From positions 64,000 through 127,999 of the forward strand of contig JAUCBJ010009109.1 of the NCBI GenBank assembly GCA_032718475.1: 64,000 nt of DNA, in the 5' to 3' direction. Below are positions 25,201-39,869 of this stretch, piece by piece. Source of the stretch: Nemertoderma westbladi. Its lineage: Eukaryota; Animalia; Xenacoelomorpha. Below the pieces are notes generated by a model. It worked only from the letters and a program-made list of their open reading frames with translations. It did not search any database and was not told the DNA's origin. Within the stretch, counting starts at the first letter, position 1; every line of letters begins with the position of its first letter. The position numbers and the translations under genes are program-made.

Positions 25201-28200
25201 AATCCATCTACCGTAGATCGAGCTAGTGTAGCTGTATGCGTGTTGTAATCCATCTACCGTAGGTCGAGCTAGTGTAGCTGTATGCGTGTTGTAATCCATC
25301 TACCGTAGGTCGAGCTAGTGTAGCTGTATGCGTGTTGTAATCCATCTACCGTAGGTCGAGCTAGTGTAGTACTGTATGCGTGTTGTAATCCATCTACCGT
25401 AGGTCGAGCTAGTGTAGCTGTATGCGTGTTGTAATCCATCTACCGTAGGTCGAGCTAGTGTAGCTGTATGCGTGTTGTAATCCATCTACCGTAGGTCGAG
25501 CTAGTGTAGCTGTATGCGTGTTGTAATCCATCTACCGTAGGTCGAGCTAGTGTAGCTGTATGCGTGTTGTAATCCATCTACCGTAGGTCGAGCTAGTGTA
25601 GCTGTATGCGTGTTGTAATCCATCTACCGTAGGTCGAGCTAGTGTAGCTGTATGCGTGTTGTAATCCATCTACCGTAGGTCGAGCTAGTGTAGCTGTATG
25701 CGTGTTGTAATCCATCTACCGTAGGTCGAGCTAGTGTAGCTGTATGCGTGTTGTAATCCATCTACCGTAGGTCGAGCTAGTGTAGCTGTATGCGTGTTGT
25801 AATCCATCTACCGTAGGTCGAGCTAGTGTAGCTGTATGCGTGTTGTAATCCATCTACCGTAGGTCGAGCTAGTGTAGCTGTATGCGTGTTGTAATCCATC
25901 TACCGTAGGTCGAGCTAGTGTAGCTGTATGCGTGTTGTAATCCATCTACCGTAGGTCGAGCTAGTGTAGCTGTATGCGTGTTGTAATCCATCTACCGTAG
26001 GTCGAGCTAGTGTAGCTGTATGCGTGTTGTAATCCATCTACCGTAGGTCGAGCTAGTGTAGCTGTATGCGTGTTGTAATCCATCTACCGTAGGTCGAGCT
26101 AGTGTAGCTGTATGCGTGTTGTAATCCATCTACCGTAGGTCGAGCTAGTGTAGCTGTATGCGTGTTGTAATCCATCTACCGTAGGTCGAGCTAGTGTAGC
26201 TGTATGCGTGTTGTAATCCATCTACCGTAGGTCGAGCTAGTGTAGCTGTATGCGTGTTGTAATCCATCTACCGTAGGTCGAGCTAGTGTAGCTGTATGCG
26301 TGTTGTAATCCATCTACCGTAGGTCTAGCTAGTGTAGCTGTATGCGTGTTGTAATCCATCTACCGTAGGTCGAGCTAGTGTAGCTGTATGCGTGTTGTAA
26401 TCCATCTACCGTAGGTCGAGCTAGTGTAGCTGTATGCGTGTTGTAATCCATCTACCGTAGATCGAGCTAGTGTAGCTGTATGCGTGTTGTAATCCATCTA
26501 CCGTAGGTCGAGCTAGTGTAGCTGTATGCGTGTTGTAATCCATCTACCGTAGGTCGAGCTAGTGTAGCTGTATGCGTGTTGTAATCCATCTACCGTAGGT
26601 CGAGCTAGTGTAGCTGTATGCGTGTTGTAATCCATCTACCGTAGGTCGAGCTAGTGTAGCTGTATGCGTGTTGTAATCCATCTACCGTAGGTCGAGCTAG
26701 TGTAGCTGTATGCGTGTTGTAATCCATCTACCGTAGGTCGAGCTAGTGTAGCTGTATGCGTGTTGTAATCCATCTACCGTAGATCGAGCTAGTGTAGCTG
26801 TATGCGTGTTGTAATCCATCTACCGTAGGTCGAGCTAGTGTAGCTGTATGCGTGTTGTAATCCATCTACCGTAGGTCGAGCTAGTGTAGCTGTATGCGTG
26901 TTGTAATCCATCTACCGTAGGTCGAGCTAGTGTAGCTGTATGCGTGTTGTAATCCATCTACCGTAGGTCGAGCTAGTGTAGCTGTATGCGTGTTGTAATC
27001 CATCTACCGTAGGTCGAGCTAGTGTAGCTGTATGCGTGTTGTAATCCATCTACCGTAGATCGAGCTACTGCAGTACTGTATGCGTGTTGTAATCCATCTA
27101 CCGTAGGTCGAGCTAGTGTAGCTGTATGCGTGTTGTAATCCATCTACCGTAGATCGAGCTAGTGTAGCTGTATGCGTGTTGTAATCCATCTACCGTAGGT
27201 CGAGCTAGTGTAGCTGTATGCGTGTTGTAATCCATCTACCGTAGGTCGAGCTAGTGTAGCTGTATGCGTGTTGTAATCCATCTACCGTAGATCGAGCTAC
27301 TGCAGTACTGTATGCGTGTTGTAATCCATCTACCGTAGGTCGAGCTAGTGTAGCTGTATGCGTGTTGTAATCCATCTACCGTAGATCGAGCTAGTGTAGC
27401 TGTATGCGTGTTGTAATCCATCTACCGTAGGTCGAGCTAGTGTAGCTGTATGCGTGTTGTAATCCATCTACCGTAGGTCGAGCTAGTGTAGCTGTATGCG
27501 TGTTGTAATCCATCTACCGTAGGTCGAGCTAGTGTAGCTGTATGCGTGTTGTAATCCATCTACCGTAGGTCGAGCTAGTGTAGCTGTATGCGTGTTGTAA
27601 TCCATCTACCGTAGGTCGAGCTAGTGTAGCTGTATGCGTGTTGTAATCCATCTACCGTAGGTCGAGCTAGTGTAGCTGTATGCGTGTTGTAATCCATCTA
27701 CCGTAGGTCTAGCTAGTGTAGCTGTATGCGTGTTGTAATCCATCTACCGTAGGTCGAGCTAGTGTAGCTGTATGCGTGTTGTAATCCATCTACCGTAGGT
27801 CTAGCTAGTGTAGCTGTATGCGTGTTGTAATCCATCTACCGTAGGACGAGCTAGTGTAGCTGTATGCGTGTTGTAATCCATCTACCGTAGGTCGAGCTAG
27901 TGTAGCTGTATGCGTGTTGTAATCCATCTACCATAGGTCGAGCTAGTGTAGCTGTATGCGTGTTGTAATCCATCTACCGTAGGTGGAGCTAGTGTAGCTG
28001 TATGCGTGTTGTAATCCATCTACCGTAGGTCGAGCTAGTGTAGCTGTATGCGTGTTGTAATCCATCTACCGTAGGTCGAGCTAGTGTAGCTGTATGCGTG
28101 TTGTAATCCATCTACCGTAGGTCGAGCTAGTGTAGCTGTATGCGTGTTGTAATCCATCTACCGTAGGTCGAGCTAGTGTAGCTGTATGCGTGTTGTAATC

Positions 28201-28780
28201 CATCTACCGTAGGTCGAGCTAGTGTAGCTGTATGCGTGTTGTAATCCATCTACCGTAGGTCGAGCTAGTGTAGCTGTATGCGTGTTGTAATCCATCTACC
28301 GTAGGTCGAGCTAGTGTAGCTGTATGCGTGTTGTAATCCATCTACCGTAGGTCGAGCTAGTGTAGCTGTATGCGTGTTGTAATCCATCTACCGTAGGTCG
28401 AGCTAGTGTAGCTGTATGCGTGTTGCAATCCATCTACCGTAGGTCGAGCTAGTGTAGCTGTATGCGTGTTGTAATCCATCTACCGTAGGTCGAGGTAGTG
28501 TAGCTGTATGCGTGTTGTAATCCATCTACCGTAGGTCGAGCTAGTGTAGCTGTATGCGTGTTGTAATCCATCTACCGTAGGTCGAGCTAGTGTAGCTGTA
28601 TGCGTGTTGTAATCCATCTACCGTAGGTCGAGCTAGTGTAGCTGTATGCGTGTTGTAATCCATCTACCGTAGGTCGAGCTAGTGTAGCTGTATGCGTGTT
28701 GTAATCCATCTACCGTAGGTCGAGCTAGTGTAGCTGTATGCGTGTTATAATCCATCTACCGTAGGTCGAGCTATTGTAGT
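19216..28780. repeat. 46-bp satellite array (about 208 copies visible, truncated by the gap)
   Basis: Unit TTGTAATCCATCTACCGTAGGTCGAGCTAGTGTAGCTGTATGCGTG. Appears invariant to ~25080, with scattered variants toward the right edge. Confidence 0.98.
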
Positions 28781-29192
28781 AGTTTGTCTGTACCAAACTT
28801 GGGGGAAATCCCACCAATAGACTCCTTGTTGCTATGTGAAATCCCTGTTGCTAAGTATAATTTATTTTCATAGACTTTTAGGTGCTATTAGAGAGATAAT
28901 GTAGAATAAAAAAAAATTGGTTAGGATGAATTGCGAATTATTTTAGGGTTACGACCCCCTACTTTTCGCTAGATGGCCTACCAGATAAAAAATTGCTAAA
29001 TTTTGAGTAATTATAAATTAAGTAATTGTAATTATAAAAAATACGCTAAATACATTGATTGGCATTTAATTCTTAATGTAAGTTTAAAAAGGTATTTAAT
29101 TTTTTTAATTTATTTAATTTGTTAAATTTTTTTAATATTTTTTTATTTACAATGATAAACTCGAAAATATAGATAGATAGATACACAATTAA

Positions 29193-29310
29193 GGGCCCAT
29201 GTGAAGTATACTAGACTTTCTGCCGTTATTTTTCACTTTACTTAAATTTTCACTAAAACCCAGGTTTCAGAAGGGCTGATTCTAACCAAAAATAACAAAC
29301 GAATAAGTAT
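29193..29310 (+). mobile_element. Partial copy of the MITE at 39436-39869
   Basis: GGGCCCATGTGAAG..AGACTTTCTGCCGTTA..CAGAAGGGCTGA.TCTAACCAAAA matches its left arm. Confidence 0.7.
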
Positions 29311-29573
29311 GCTTCCCCGCCTTCGCATACTTTAGATATTGAGTGTTTATAACAGCGGTTGCTAGGGTCTCAGTCGTTGTTGACATGGAAACACGTGTTA
29401 TTAAAATTGCTCAAGGCGGAGAGAGCAACACCCTCCCTAATATCGATTGGTTAATTCAGATTAATGTACATAACGTATTGCATTTTTTTGTAGTTAAAAA
29501 TGACATAATTAAATAAATTACACTTCTTTACGAACAATTATTAATCATTTTTAATTAACAAACAATATAGTGA

Positions 29574-30409
29574 GTAAGAAACTAACCGGAAGTAATGTTA
29601 CTGTCCTCGCTGTAAGAAACTAACCGGAAGTAATGTTACTGTCCTCGCTGTAAGAAACTAACCGGAAGTAATGTTACAGTCCTCGCTGTAAGAAACTAAC
29701 CGGAAGTAATGTTACAGTCATCGCTGTAAGAAACTAACCGGAAGTAATGTTACTGTCCTTGCTGTAAGAAACTAACCGGAAGTAATGTTACAGTCCTCGC
29801 TGTAAGAAACTATCCGGAAGTAATGTAACTGTCCTCGCTGTAAGAAACTAACCGGAAGTAATGTTACTGTCCTCGCTGTAAGAAACTAACCGGAAGTAAT
29901 GTTACTGTCCTCGCTGTAAGAAACTAACCGGAGGTAATGTTACTGTCCTCGCTGTAAGAAACTAACCGGAAGTAATGTTACAGTCCTCGCTGTAAGAAAC
30001 TATCCGGAAGTAATGTAACTGTCCTCGCTGTAAGAAACTAACCGGAAGTAATGTTACTGTCCTCGCTGTAAGAAACTAACCGGAAGTAATGTTACTGCCC
30101 TCGCTGTAAGAAACTAACCGGAGGTAATGTTACTGTCCTCGCTGTAAGAAACTAACCGGAAGTAATGTTACTGTCCTCGCTGTAAGAAACTAACCGGAAG
30201 TAATGTTACTGTCCTCGCTGTAAGAAACTAACCGGAAGTAATGTTACTGTCCTCGCTGTAAGAAACTAACCGGAAGTAATGTTACTGTCCTCGCTGTAAG
30301 AAACTAACCGGAAGTAATGTTACTGTCCTCGCTGTAAGAAACTAACCGGAAGTAATGTTACTGTCCTCGCTGTAAGAAACTAACCGGAAGTAATGTTACT
30401 GTCCTCGCT
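29574..30409 (-). repeat. 38-bp minisatellite (22 copies) made of the PDZ1 exon end plus its 5' splice site
   Basis: Minus-strand unit AGCGAGGACAGTAACATTACTTCCG|GTTAGTTTCTTAC. The first copy is coding sequence. Confidence 0.95.
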
Positions 30410-30579
30410 AGCGGGAGAGTTTGGTACGACATTCTTTATCTGCAGTAGTTGGGGTGTGGTATCACTTCCTACCACAGTAAAGCCCAACCCTTGGGGCGAC
30501 TTGTGTATGGTCGTGTTATAACGCTGACCAGTTAGCAATGAAGGGTGGACATCAGTGTTGGTTGGAAGAGCTTTCAGAT
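30385..30579 (-). CDS. MAGI: MAGI-family exon: N-terminal half of PDZ1 (absent from the ORF track)
   Basis: TACTAAT..CATGTAG| acceptor. Translates DLKALPTNTDVHPSLLTGQRYNTTIHKSPQGLGFTVVGSDTTPQLLQIKNVVPNSPASEDSNITS(G). 195 nt, phase 1-1, joining in frame to GDVLVY at 16374. Confidence 0.9.
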
Positions 30580-31102
30580 CTACATGATTTAATACATTAG
30601 TATATTATTTATAAAAAAGAGAGAAGTACGGAGGAGGAACTGTACGTTGTACAACATTACAATTAATGCGATAATTCCAAATCCAGCTTCGCTTTTTATT
30701 CAATGTTAAATAAATAAAAACTAAAGGACATAAAGACATAATTTTGAATTTTATTTGCCCTGCATGCTGCAGATACTAAAATTGCAATAACTTTTTTGAG
30801 TGTCGTCGCCAACATAGTTTACTAGACCCTCTGACGATTCTTCGAATAAAAAATAATCGAAAATATATACTATAATTGTGTTTTATTTTTTTCCCCAGAG
30901 AAAAAAGTAAAAATTAAATGAGACACCTTTTTTCCGTAGAAAACAATATTTTTCAACGTGAGTCGGAATTGAGCCGATATGTATATGATTATGTATAAAT
31001 TAATTTAAACTTAATATCTAGCAAAGAAACTACGGTGGATTCCTAGACATTATCAGATTCCGTCTGATACAGCAAAGATACAATCAAAGCAAAATATGAA
31101 CA

Positions 31103-33786
<2,684 letters not shown>

Positions 33787-35207
33787 ATTTTTTCATATAA
33801 TGTTTGTTAAAGGGGGGTGGTTACTGTGGTTACTGATATGAAGAAATTAAGTGTATTTTATATTGATTTGTTAAAATGGAGGTCAGTGAGGGGGGTTGGG
33901 AAAAGCGAGACCCAATAAAAACGGACTGTCGAATGCGGAGTGTCTATCAGCAGCCGAAATCCGGACGGTAAATTAGAATTATCGCTTTGTAATTGCGGAG
34001 TCCGCTTTTTAAATAAAATACGGACCGAAAAAAGTCGGCTGGAATATTGTGTTCTCATTGGCTGGATCGTATTCTAAGCCCTTGTGGGCTGTATGTGGAG
34101 CGAGCCACGATGTTGGCGGAGCTTTAGCGAACTGACACTGTTAGGGGTGGGTGGGTTAATTTTTGTAAATAGTTGTTGTCGTTACCATATTGACATGCTA
34201 ATGACTTTGCCGGATTTAAAACTGTCGAGTTTAAAATTTGTAAGTATCAACAAGACCAAATAAAGTTGCGATTTTTTAGAGACTTTCATGAAGTTTCAGT
34301 TCGACACATTAAATATCCTCAGAATTCTTTGCGGTAATCCGTTCGAGCTGAAACTTTGTAGATTTGTACTACACCATTAGCTGTGTCATTCAAAGGAAGA
34401 TAATCCTACTGCAGTTCTCTAGTCTGCCGCGAGATGGTAAACTGTCTGAAAGTGAAATCCTCGATCCGTTCCGTTATTTATGATTCGTTTAGATTCAAAA
34501 CTTGTCTAATATGTTCTAGATTACATCTTGTGTGTAATCGGTCTACAGTTCTACAGTCTGCCGCTAGAGGGCGAAACGTATGAAAGTGATAACTTTCCAA
34601 ATTTCCTTGATTTTAATCTGTTTAAGCTGAGTCTTTTTGAAAAATCGATCTGCAGTTCCCCAAAACCTTCCCTCATTTCATTATATGTTATCCGTTCAAG
34701 CTGAAACTTGGAAGATATACGTGATAGACCCTCCATAGGCTGCGACTTTGTGGGGACGGTAATCCCTCAGCAGTTCTCCAGTGTACCGCTAGTGGGCTAA
34801 ACTGAAAACATTACAAATGTCTGAAATGAAAACCTTCAGCCATTTCGTATTATTTACCATATTCCTTTCTTCATGACTGATACATGGCATATATTAATTA
34901 TATTCTATACCTCAGATGTCTAGAATATAATAGTTGTGGGGTCTTAAATAGACTGTCCAGTCTGCCTCCAATGATCCAAGGTGATACAGTGATCAGGGGA
35001 CATCTGTTTAAATTTGGCTTATAATTCTTTCGAATTGAAACTTAACAAGTGCTGCGCGAAGGCCCCACTTCGTGAATAAGCCTAGTTAGATACCTAATCA
35101 GGTTCAATTGGGGGAAATCATTTAATTTATATAAAGTACAGTATTCTAGAGTGCTATTGAAAGTAGCGACAAAAGGCGAGGATTATAAAAGAGCCAGTTC
35201 CATTTGA

Positions 35208-35295
35208 ACAATGTAAATGCGTTTCAGTCAATGAGCAACAATGTAAATGCGTTTCAGTCAATGAGCAACAATGTAAATGCGTTTCAGCCAATGAG
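35208..35295. repeat. 30-bp tandem repeat (~3 copies) upstream of the tRNase Z-like gene
   Basis: CAATGTAAATGCGTTTCAGTCAATGAGCAA. Confidence 0.85.
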
Positions 35296-35543
35296 GACAC
35301 AATATTATATATAGCAGCAGTCCATCTTGTGAAGGAAGGAACAAAAAGCTGACTTAGAGCTATTGCAAAATTGTAGAAATTGACAGTTGCTTCATGGTGG
35401 AAACTGGCTCTAAAGTAGTAGTATCCTTACCGGTGGCGGTACAGAGGTAAGTAAGTAGCATACATCTGTACCTAAGTACAGAAGTACCGTATCTATCAAA
35501 GTTTATTAGTCGCCTAAACAATCAGACAGTCAAAGGTCTTGTA

Positions 35544-36326
35544 ATGCAAGTAAATAACGAATTTACGATACACGATTGGTCTATTGGGGGGCTAGAAACG
35601 TGTATTGTCGTTGATCTCGATGCCTCGACCACAGTGACCTTCGACCTGGGAAGGGCGACCCGGGAATCTGTCCACAGCGATCTCGTTTTCATATCGCACG
35701 GCCACATGGACCACATCGGCGGCATACTGTGTCACGCCGCCCAGAGGAATGTTCTGGGACTGCCTTCGGCTCGGTACTATGTGCCCCCGCACCTCGAAGC
35801 ACCCCTCAAGGAGACCCTAAAGTCCGCCAGTCTGGTAGACATGCACTCTAGAGACCGGCTAATCAATGTAGAAGTTATTCCGTTGGCTGTCGGCACCTCG
35901 GTTGAGTTACCCGGCTCGAGATGGCTCGTTAAACCCTTCGCTACGCAGCATACAGTCCCTAGCCAGGGGTACCTTGTATATAAAGGAGACCAGCAGACAC
36001 CCAAGCTCGCCTACACAGGAGATACAACCATTCAGGGTTTGTTAGCCGAAGAAAATAGCGAAGTTTTAAACGTGGACGTTCTGATAACGGAAGTAAGTTT
36101 CCTTAACCCAGGCGAATTGAATAAAAGTCAGGAGAAGGGCCACACACACGTAGACGATATTATTAGTAATATAAGTCGCTTCCATAAGGTATCCGCATTG
36201 GTTTTTATGCATTTTAACTTCAGACTGAATGAGAAAGATATAGTGAGAATAATTGGTAAACAAGTTTCGGATCACCAGTTTAATGGAATAAAAGTTCATC
36301 TAGCTTTGTCCGCGTTCAAGGAATAA
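35544..36326 (+). CDS. Short-form TM-type tRNase Z-like metallo-beta-lactamase-fold nuclease lacking the flexible arm
   Basis: SIGGLETC, FDLG, SHGHMDHIGG (HxHxDH), H-TVPSQGY, AYTGDT, ITEVSF, GHTH, MHF motifs. Likely 5'-UTR intron ~35447-35525 (GAG|GTAAGT..CTAAAC..CAG). Confidence 0.85.
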   Translation: MQVNNEFTIHDWSIGGLETCIVVDLDASTTVTFDLGRATRESVHSDLVFISHGHMDHIGGILCHAAQRNVLGLPSARYYVPPHLEAPLKETLKSASLVDMHSRDRLINVEVIPLAVGTSVELPGSRWLVKPFATQHTVPSQGYLVYKGDQQTPKLAYTGDTTIQGLLAEENSEVLNVDVLITEVSFLNPGELNKSQEKGHTHVDDIISNISRFHKVSALVFMHFNFRLNEKDIVRIIGKQVSDHQFNGIKVHLALSAFKE

Positions 36327-36417
36327 ACCTGGATGTACATGTGGATTCAACTCATTTCGAATATTATTAATCGTTATATTTATAAATTTGTATTCAATTA
36401 TTTGACGTTTAAAAGGT

Positions 36418-36545
36418 GGGGTAGCTCAGTTGGTTGAGAGCCGGGCCTGCAATCTATTGGTTGTAGGTTCAACCCCGCCAGGGTCCACTCAGCCTTTCAT
36501 CCACTGGGGTCGATAAAATGAGAACAGTTAAATAACTGGGAGAAA
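36418..36545 (+). mobile_element. tRNA-derived SINE
   Basis: A-box-like GTAGCTCAGTTGG and B-box-like GGTTCAACCC, then CACTCAGCCTTTCATCC..GGGGTCGATAAAATGAG, which resembles a conserved metazoan SINE central domain. Confidence 0.65.
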
Positions 36546-36550
36546 CTCTT

Positions 36551-36960
36551 GGGATAGGAGTAGCGCCCACCCCTACCTTCGGGTAGCAGATAGGAGTAGC
36601 GCCCACCCCTACCTTCGGGTAGCAGATAGGAGTAGCGCCCACCCCTATCTTCGGGTAGCACCCAGCCCTACCCTCCGGTAGCACCCAGGCCTATCCTCGG
36701 GTAGCGCCCACCCCTATCTTCGGGTAGCACCCAGCCCTACCCTCCGGTAGCACCCAGGCCTATCCTCGGGTAGCGCCCACCCCTATCTTCGGGTAGCACC
36801 CAGCCCTACCCTCCGGTAGCACCCAGGCCTATCCTCGGGTAGCGCCCACCCCTATCTTCGGGTAGCACCCAGCCCTACCCTCCGGTAGCACCCAGGCCTA
36901 TCCTCGGGTAGCACCCACCCCTATCTTCGGGTAGCACCCAGCCCTACCCTCGGGTAGCAG
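36551..36960. repeat. GC-rich compound repeat: 36-bp units, then 23-bp monomers in a 69-bp trimer
   Basis: GTAGCGCCCACCCCTATCTTCGG / GTAGCACCCAGCCCTACCCTCCG / GTAGCACCCAGGCCTATCCTCGG, period 69 (36632, 36701, 36770, 36839). Confidence 0.9.
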
Positions 36961-37251
36961 CAATCGAAACCGGCCTCGGCCGACGGTTTGATTTGCTTTT
37001 GTAAATTTAGTATTTTTTTTAATTTGAGTGTCTGGGATTCGATTTAATCAAAATAGTGCTTTACATAGCACAGTAAATATTAAATAAATTGGCAATTAAT
37101 AATAATAATAAATAATTTATATAGCGCCTTACCTAAGTTTGTTAGTTATGGGAAGCACGAGATTGCATATTATGAATAATTTATCACATATTAATTAATT
37201 ATAACAATTATTAATAAAGCTATTGGCATTTACTTTTAATTTCATCTGATT

Positions 37252-38424
37252 ATGCGATCTAGAACAACGATTTATCTTCTTGTTGCTTCAGTTTTTATTT
37301 TAATCCTGTTGCGCTTTATATTTTTCACTGGCAAAATAAAACTCGAGTGGATTTTACCAGAGTTACCCAATAACTTCCATCCCATTAAGGAAACCCCATC
37401 AGGGCAACTACGCTATGTTGTACAAGATTGGGCAAGTTGTTTAAAGCACTTGGAAACTGCTGATAAATTAAAGAACTCATTCCATGTTGCAATGGTTGCC
37501 TGTGGAAACCAAAGTACCCAAGACGCTGTCATATTAATTAAAAGTTTAATTATAGAAAAATCAAACAACCACATTATATTCCATTTACTTACTGATAATT
37601 TAACCCAGATTAATAGAAATGTTGACAACCTCTTTGACAAATGTGACAGTTCCAGCGGTAATTTTAACTTTTGCGTAAAATTATACGACATTAAGCGAGT
37701 CGACATTCCGATGGATTTGACGGGAATCTTTAAGCCGTGTTCGGCCTACCGACTCTTCCTTCCTTCGATTCTCCCCAACTGCGATCGCGTCGTCTACCTG
37801 GATTCGGACACTGTCGCCGTATCGGCGACTACCATCGAGGAACTTTGGGCCGAGTTCGAGGGGTGGAACTCCAGCCATCTGGTGGGCGCAGCTAGGGAGA
37901 ACGAGATCGCCATGTACAGCTGGTACGCGGTATCGGCTAGACACCCCTACTTCGGTTCCTATGGAATAAACTCTGGAGTCCTCCTAATGGATCTAACTCG
38001 CATGAGGGAACAACGATTTACCGAACTAATACCCCCTATCTACAACAGGTACCACTCAGTTATTCCTTTCGGTGACCAAGATATCCTCAACATCATCCTC
38101 CATCTCCACCCCCATTGGGTTCGCATACTACCTTGCCAACTGAACTTCCGACCTACACATTGTCTGCACTCAACCTGCTACCTCACTGATACACCCGTTA
38201 AACTGTTACACGGTAGTAACGACGCCTTCCACAGTGACCTGGATTTGTTCTATTTTACTCATACTTTCCTACAAAAAACTAATATTTGCGACTATCGGGA
38301 TGGCACTTTTAACTATAATTTGATTAGCAATGTTTCCCGAACTCTTGGTCGAGATAGATGCAATGACAGTGAACTATTAACTCTGGGAAAGGATGACCAA
38401 TTATTACCCAAATCTATAACATAA
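37252..38424 (+). CDS. GXYLT: Glucoside xylosyltransferase-like (GT8 family, GXYLT1/2/Shams type), single-exon CDS
   Basis: N-terminal TM anchor. Motifs FKPCSAYRLFLPSIL, YLDSD (DxD), GINSGVLLMDLTRMR, GDQDILNI, LPCQLNFRPTHC, LLHG. Confidence 0.88.
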   Translation: MRSRTTIYLLVASVFILILLRFIFFTGKIKLEWILPELPNNFHPIKETPSGQLRYVVQDWASCLKHLETADKLKNSFHVAMVACGNQSTQDAVILIKSLIIEKSNNHIIFHLLTDNLTQINRNVDNLFDKCDSSSGNFNFCVKLYDIKRVDIPMDLTGIFKPCSAYRLFLPSILPNCDRVVYLDSDTVAVSATTIEELWAEFEGWNSSHLVGAARENEIAMYSWYAVSARHPYFGSYGINSGVLLMDLTRMREQRFTELIPPIYNRYHSVIPFGDQDILNIILHLHPHWVRILPCQLNFRPTHCLHSTCYLTDTPVKLLHGSNDAFHSDLDLFYFTHTFLQKTNICDYRDGTFNYNLISNVSRTLGRDRCNDSELLTLGKDDQLLPKSIT

Positions 38425-38526
38425 TACAGTAGTTTGTTGGTATGTAATATTTTTAGTCAGATGCAAATAGTTTTTTTTTTATTCCATTTGACCTTCACGT
38501 TTTTGAATTTCTATTCCGCGTTATAA

Positions 38527-38559
<33 letters not shown>

Positions 38560-38809
38560 ACGTTTAGTACAAAGGTCATGATACTTTAGTGCTTTCATAC
38601 AAGTTTAAATTATGTAGTTTTATTCAAAATTGCAACATTACAAATATATTATTATAGCACTATGGCATTACAAATAACTGCGGGTTTTTTTTTTAAATTT
38701 TTTAAAAATAGAATAGAAATATAAAATACTAATACGTTTAAGTAGAAAAAAAAATGCGCCGATTAAAAAAAATCAACAATATCAACATACACCATGTCGA
38801 TTTAGTTAG

Positions 38810-39080
38810 ATAAATAGTTTCATCTTCTCATCCGTGGGTTAGTCAGAATTTTTATCTTCGCTTTCATTCCTTAGCTATAAGGGTTTGAAAAAGATGTGTC
38901 CTCGCCGATATTGCACTATCAGTTACAGTTATAGTGTTTTGTTGGTACTGTTGTTAGAAAGCTGACCATGCAGGATTCCAAATCACAATCTGAATTTCGT
39001 GGAAAAATAGCTGATATATGAGTTTCGGTTTTGCACCATGTGCGTACAAGCTATTTTATTTTAATTAAAAAATATACCGT
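38810..39080 (+). repeat. Dispersed repeat, with a second diverged copy at ~40355-40660
   Basis: Shared CAGAATTTTTAT..GCTTTCATTC..TAGCTA..CGATATTGCAC..GAATTTCGT.GAAAAATAGCTGA..GGTTTTGCA. Confidence 0.75.
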
Positions 39081-39435
39081 AGGCCTATTCTGGAACATTT
39101 TGTTTATCACATACGTAGCTGGGCAACAATGAAATGCCTATTTAATCATATCAAAATATGGGTGTAAACGTTACGCCGACAGCCGACAACCAAATCCGAA
39201 AACCATTATTAACGGTAATTAAATTACAACAATAAAAAGAGCAATTTGGTGAAGAAAAATATTAATAAACTGTAATAATAATTTCTAAACGAATTTGAGC
39301 CTTGTGTTCTTTTAAACTCTATACTTATAAAATAAATTAAGAGTACATTATTTAAGCTTACATTATTTATGAACTATCTTTAACACCGATATAAGATTAT
39401 TTAATACACTACCAATAATTTAAAGGTCACGCATG

Positions 39436-39869
39436 GGCCCATGTGAAGAATACCAGACTTTCTGCCGTTATATTTCACTTTGTTGCAGTTACCCTCATGT
39501 GAAGAATACCAGGTTTTCACCAAAAACACAGGTTACAGAAGGGCTGAATCTAACCAAAACAATAAACGAATTAGTATTTGTACAGGTTATAACGCCCATG
39601 TGAAGAATACCAGGATTTCACTTTTCGGTCCACTTTTTATTGGAATTTTATATATGAAGATTTTTATTTTTTTTAATTTATCTTTATTAAGTGTTTTATA
39701 GCGCTTATTTCTGTCTTATAACCTGTACATATACTAATTCGTTTATTGTTTTGGTTAGATTCAGCCCTTCTGTAACCTGTGTTTTTGGTGAAAACCTGGT
39801 ATTCTTCACATGGGGGTAACTGCAAAGTGAAATATAACGGCAGAAATTCTGGTATTCTTCACATGGGCG
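39436..39869. mobile_element. Foldback MITE with ~150-bp inverted arms
   Basis: GCCCATGTGAAGAATACCAGA..TACAGGTTATAA mirrored at ~39715-39868. Flanking direct repeat CACGCATG at 39428-39435 and 39870-39877. Confidence 0.85.

Noticed and set aside
19216-28780. CRISPR-like array
   Set aside because: Head-to-tail units with no unique spacers, no cas genes and a eukaryotic context. The same applies to the other 30-48-bp arrays.
36418-36490. Functional tRNA gene
   Set aside because: No convincing acceptor stem or cloverleaf, and it runs into a SINE-like core.
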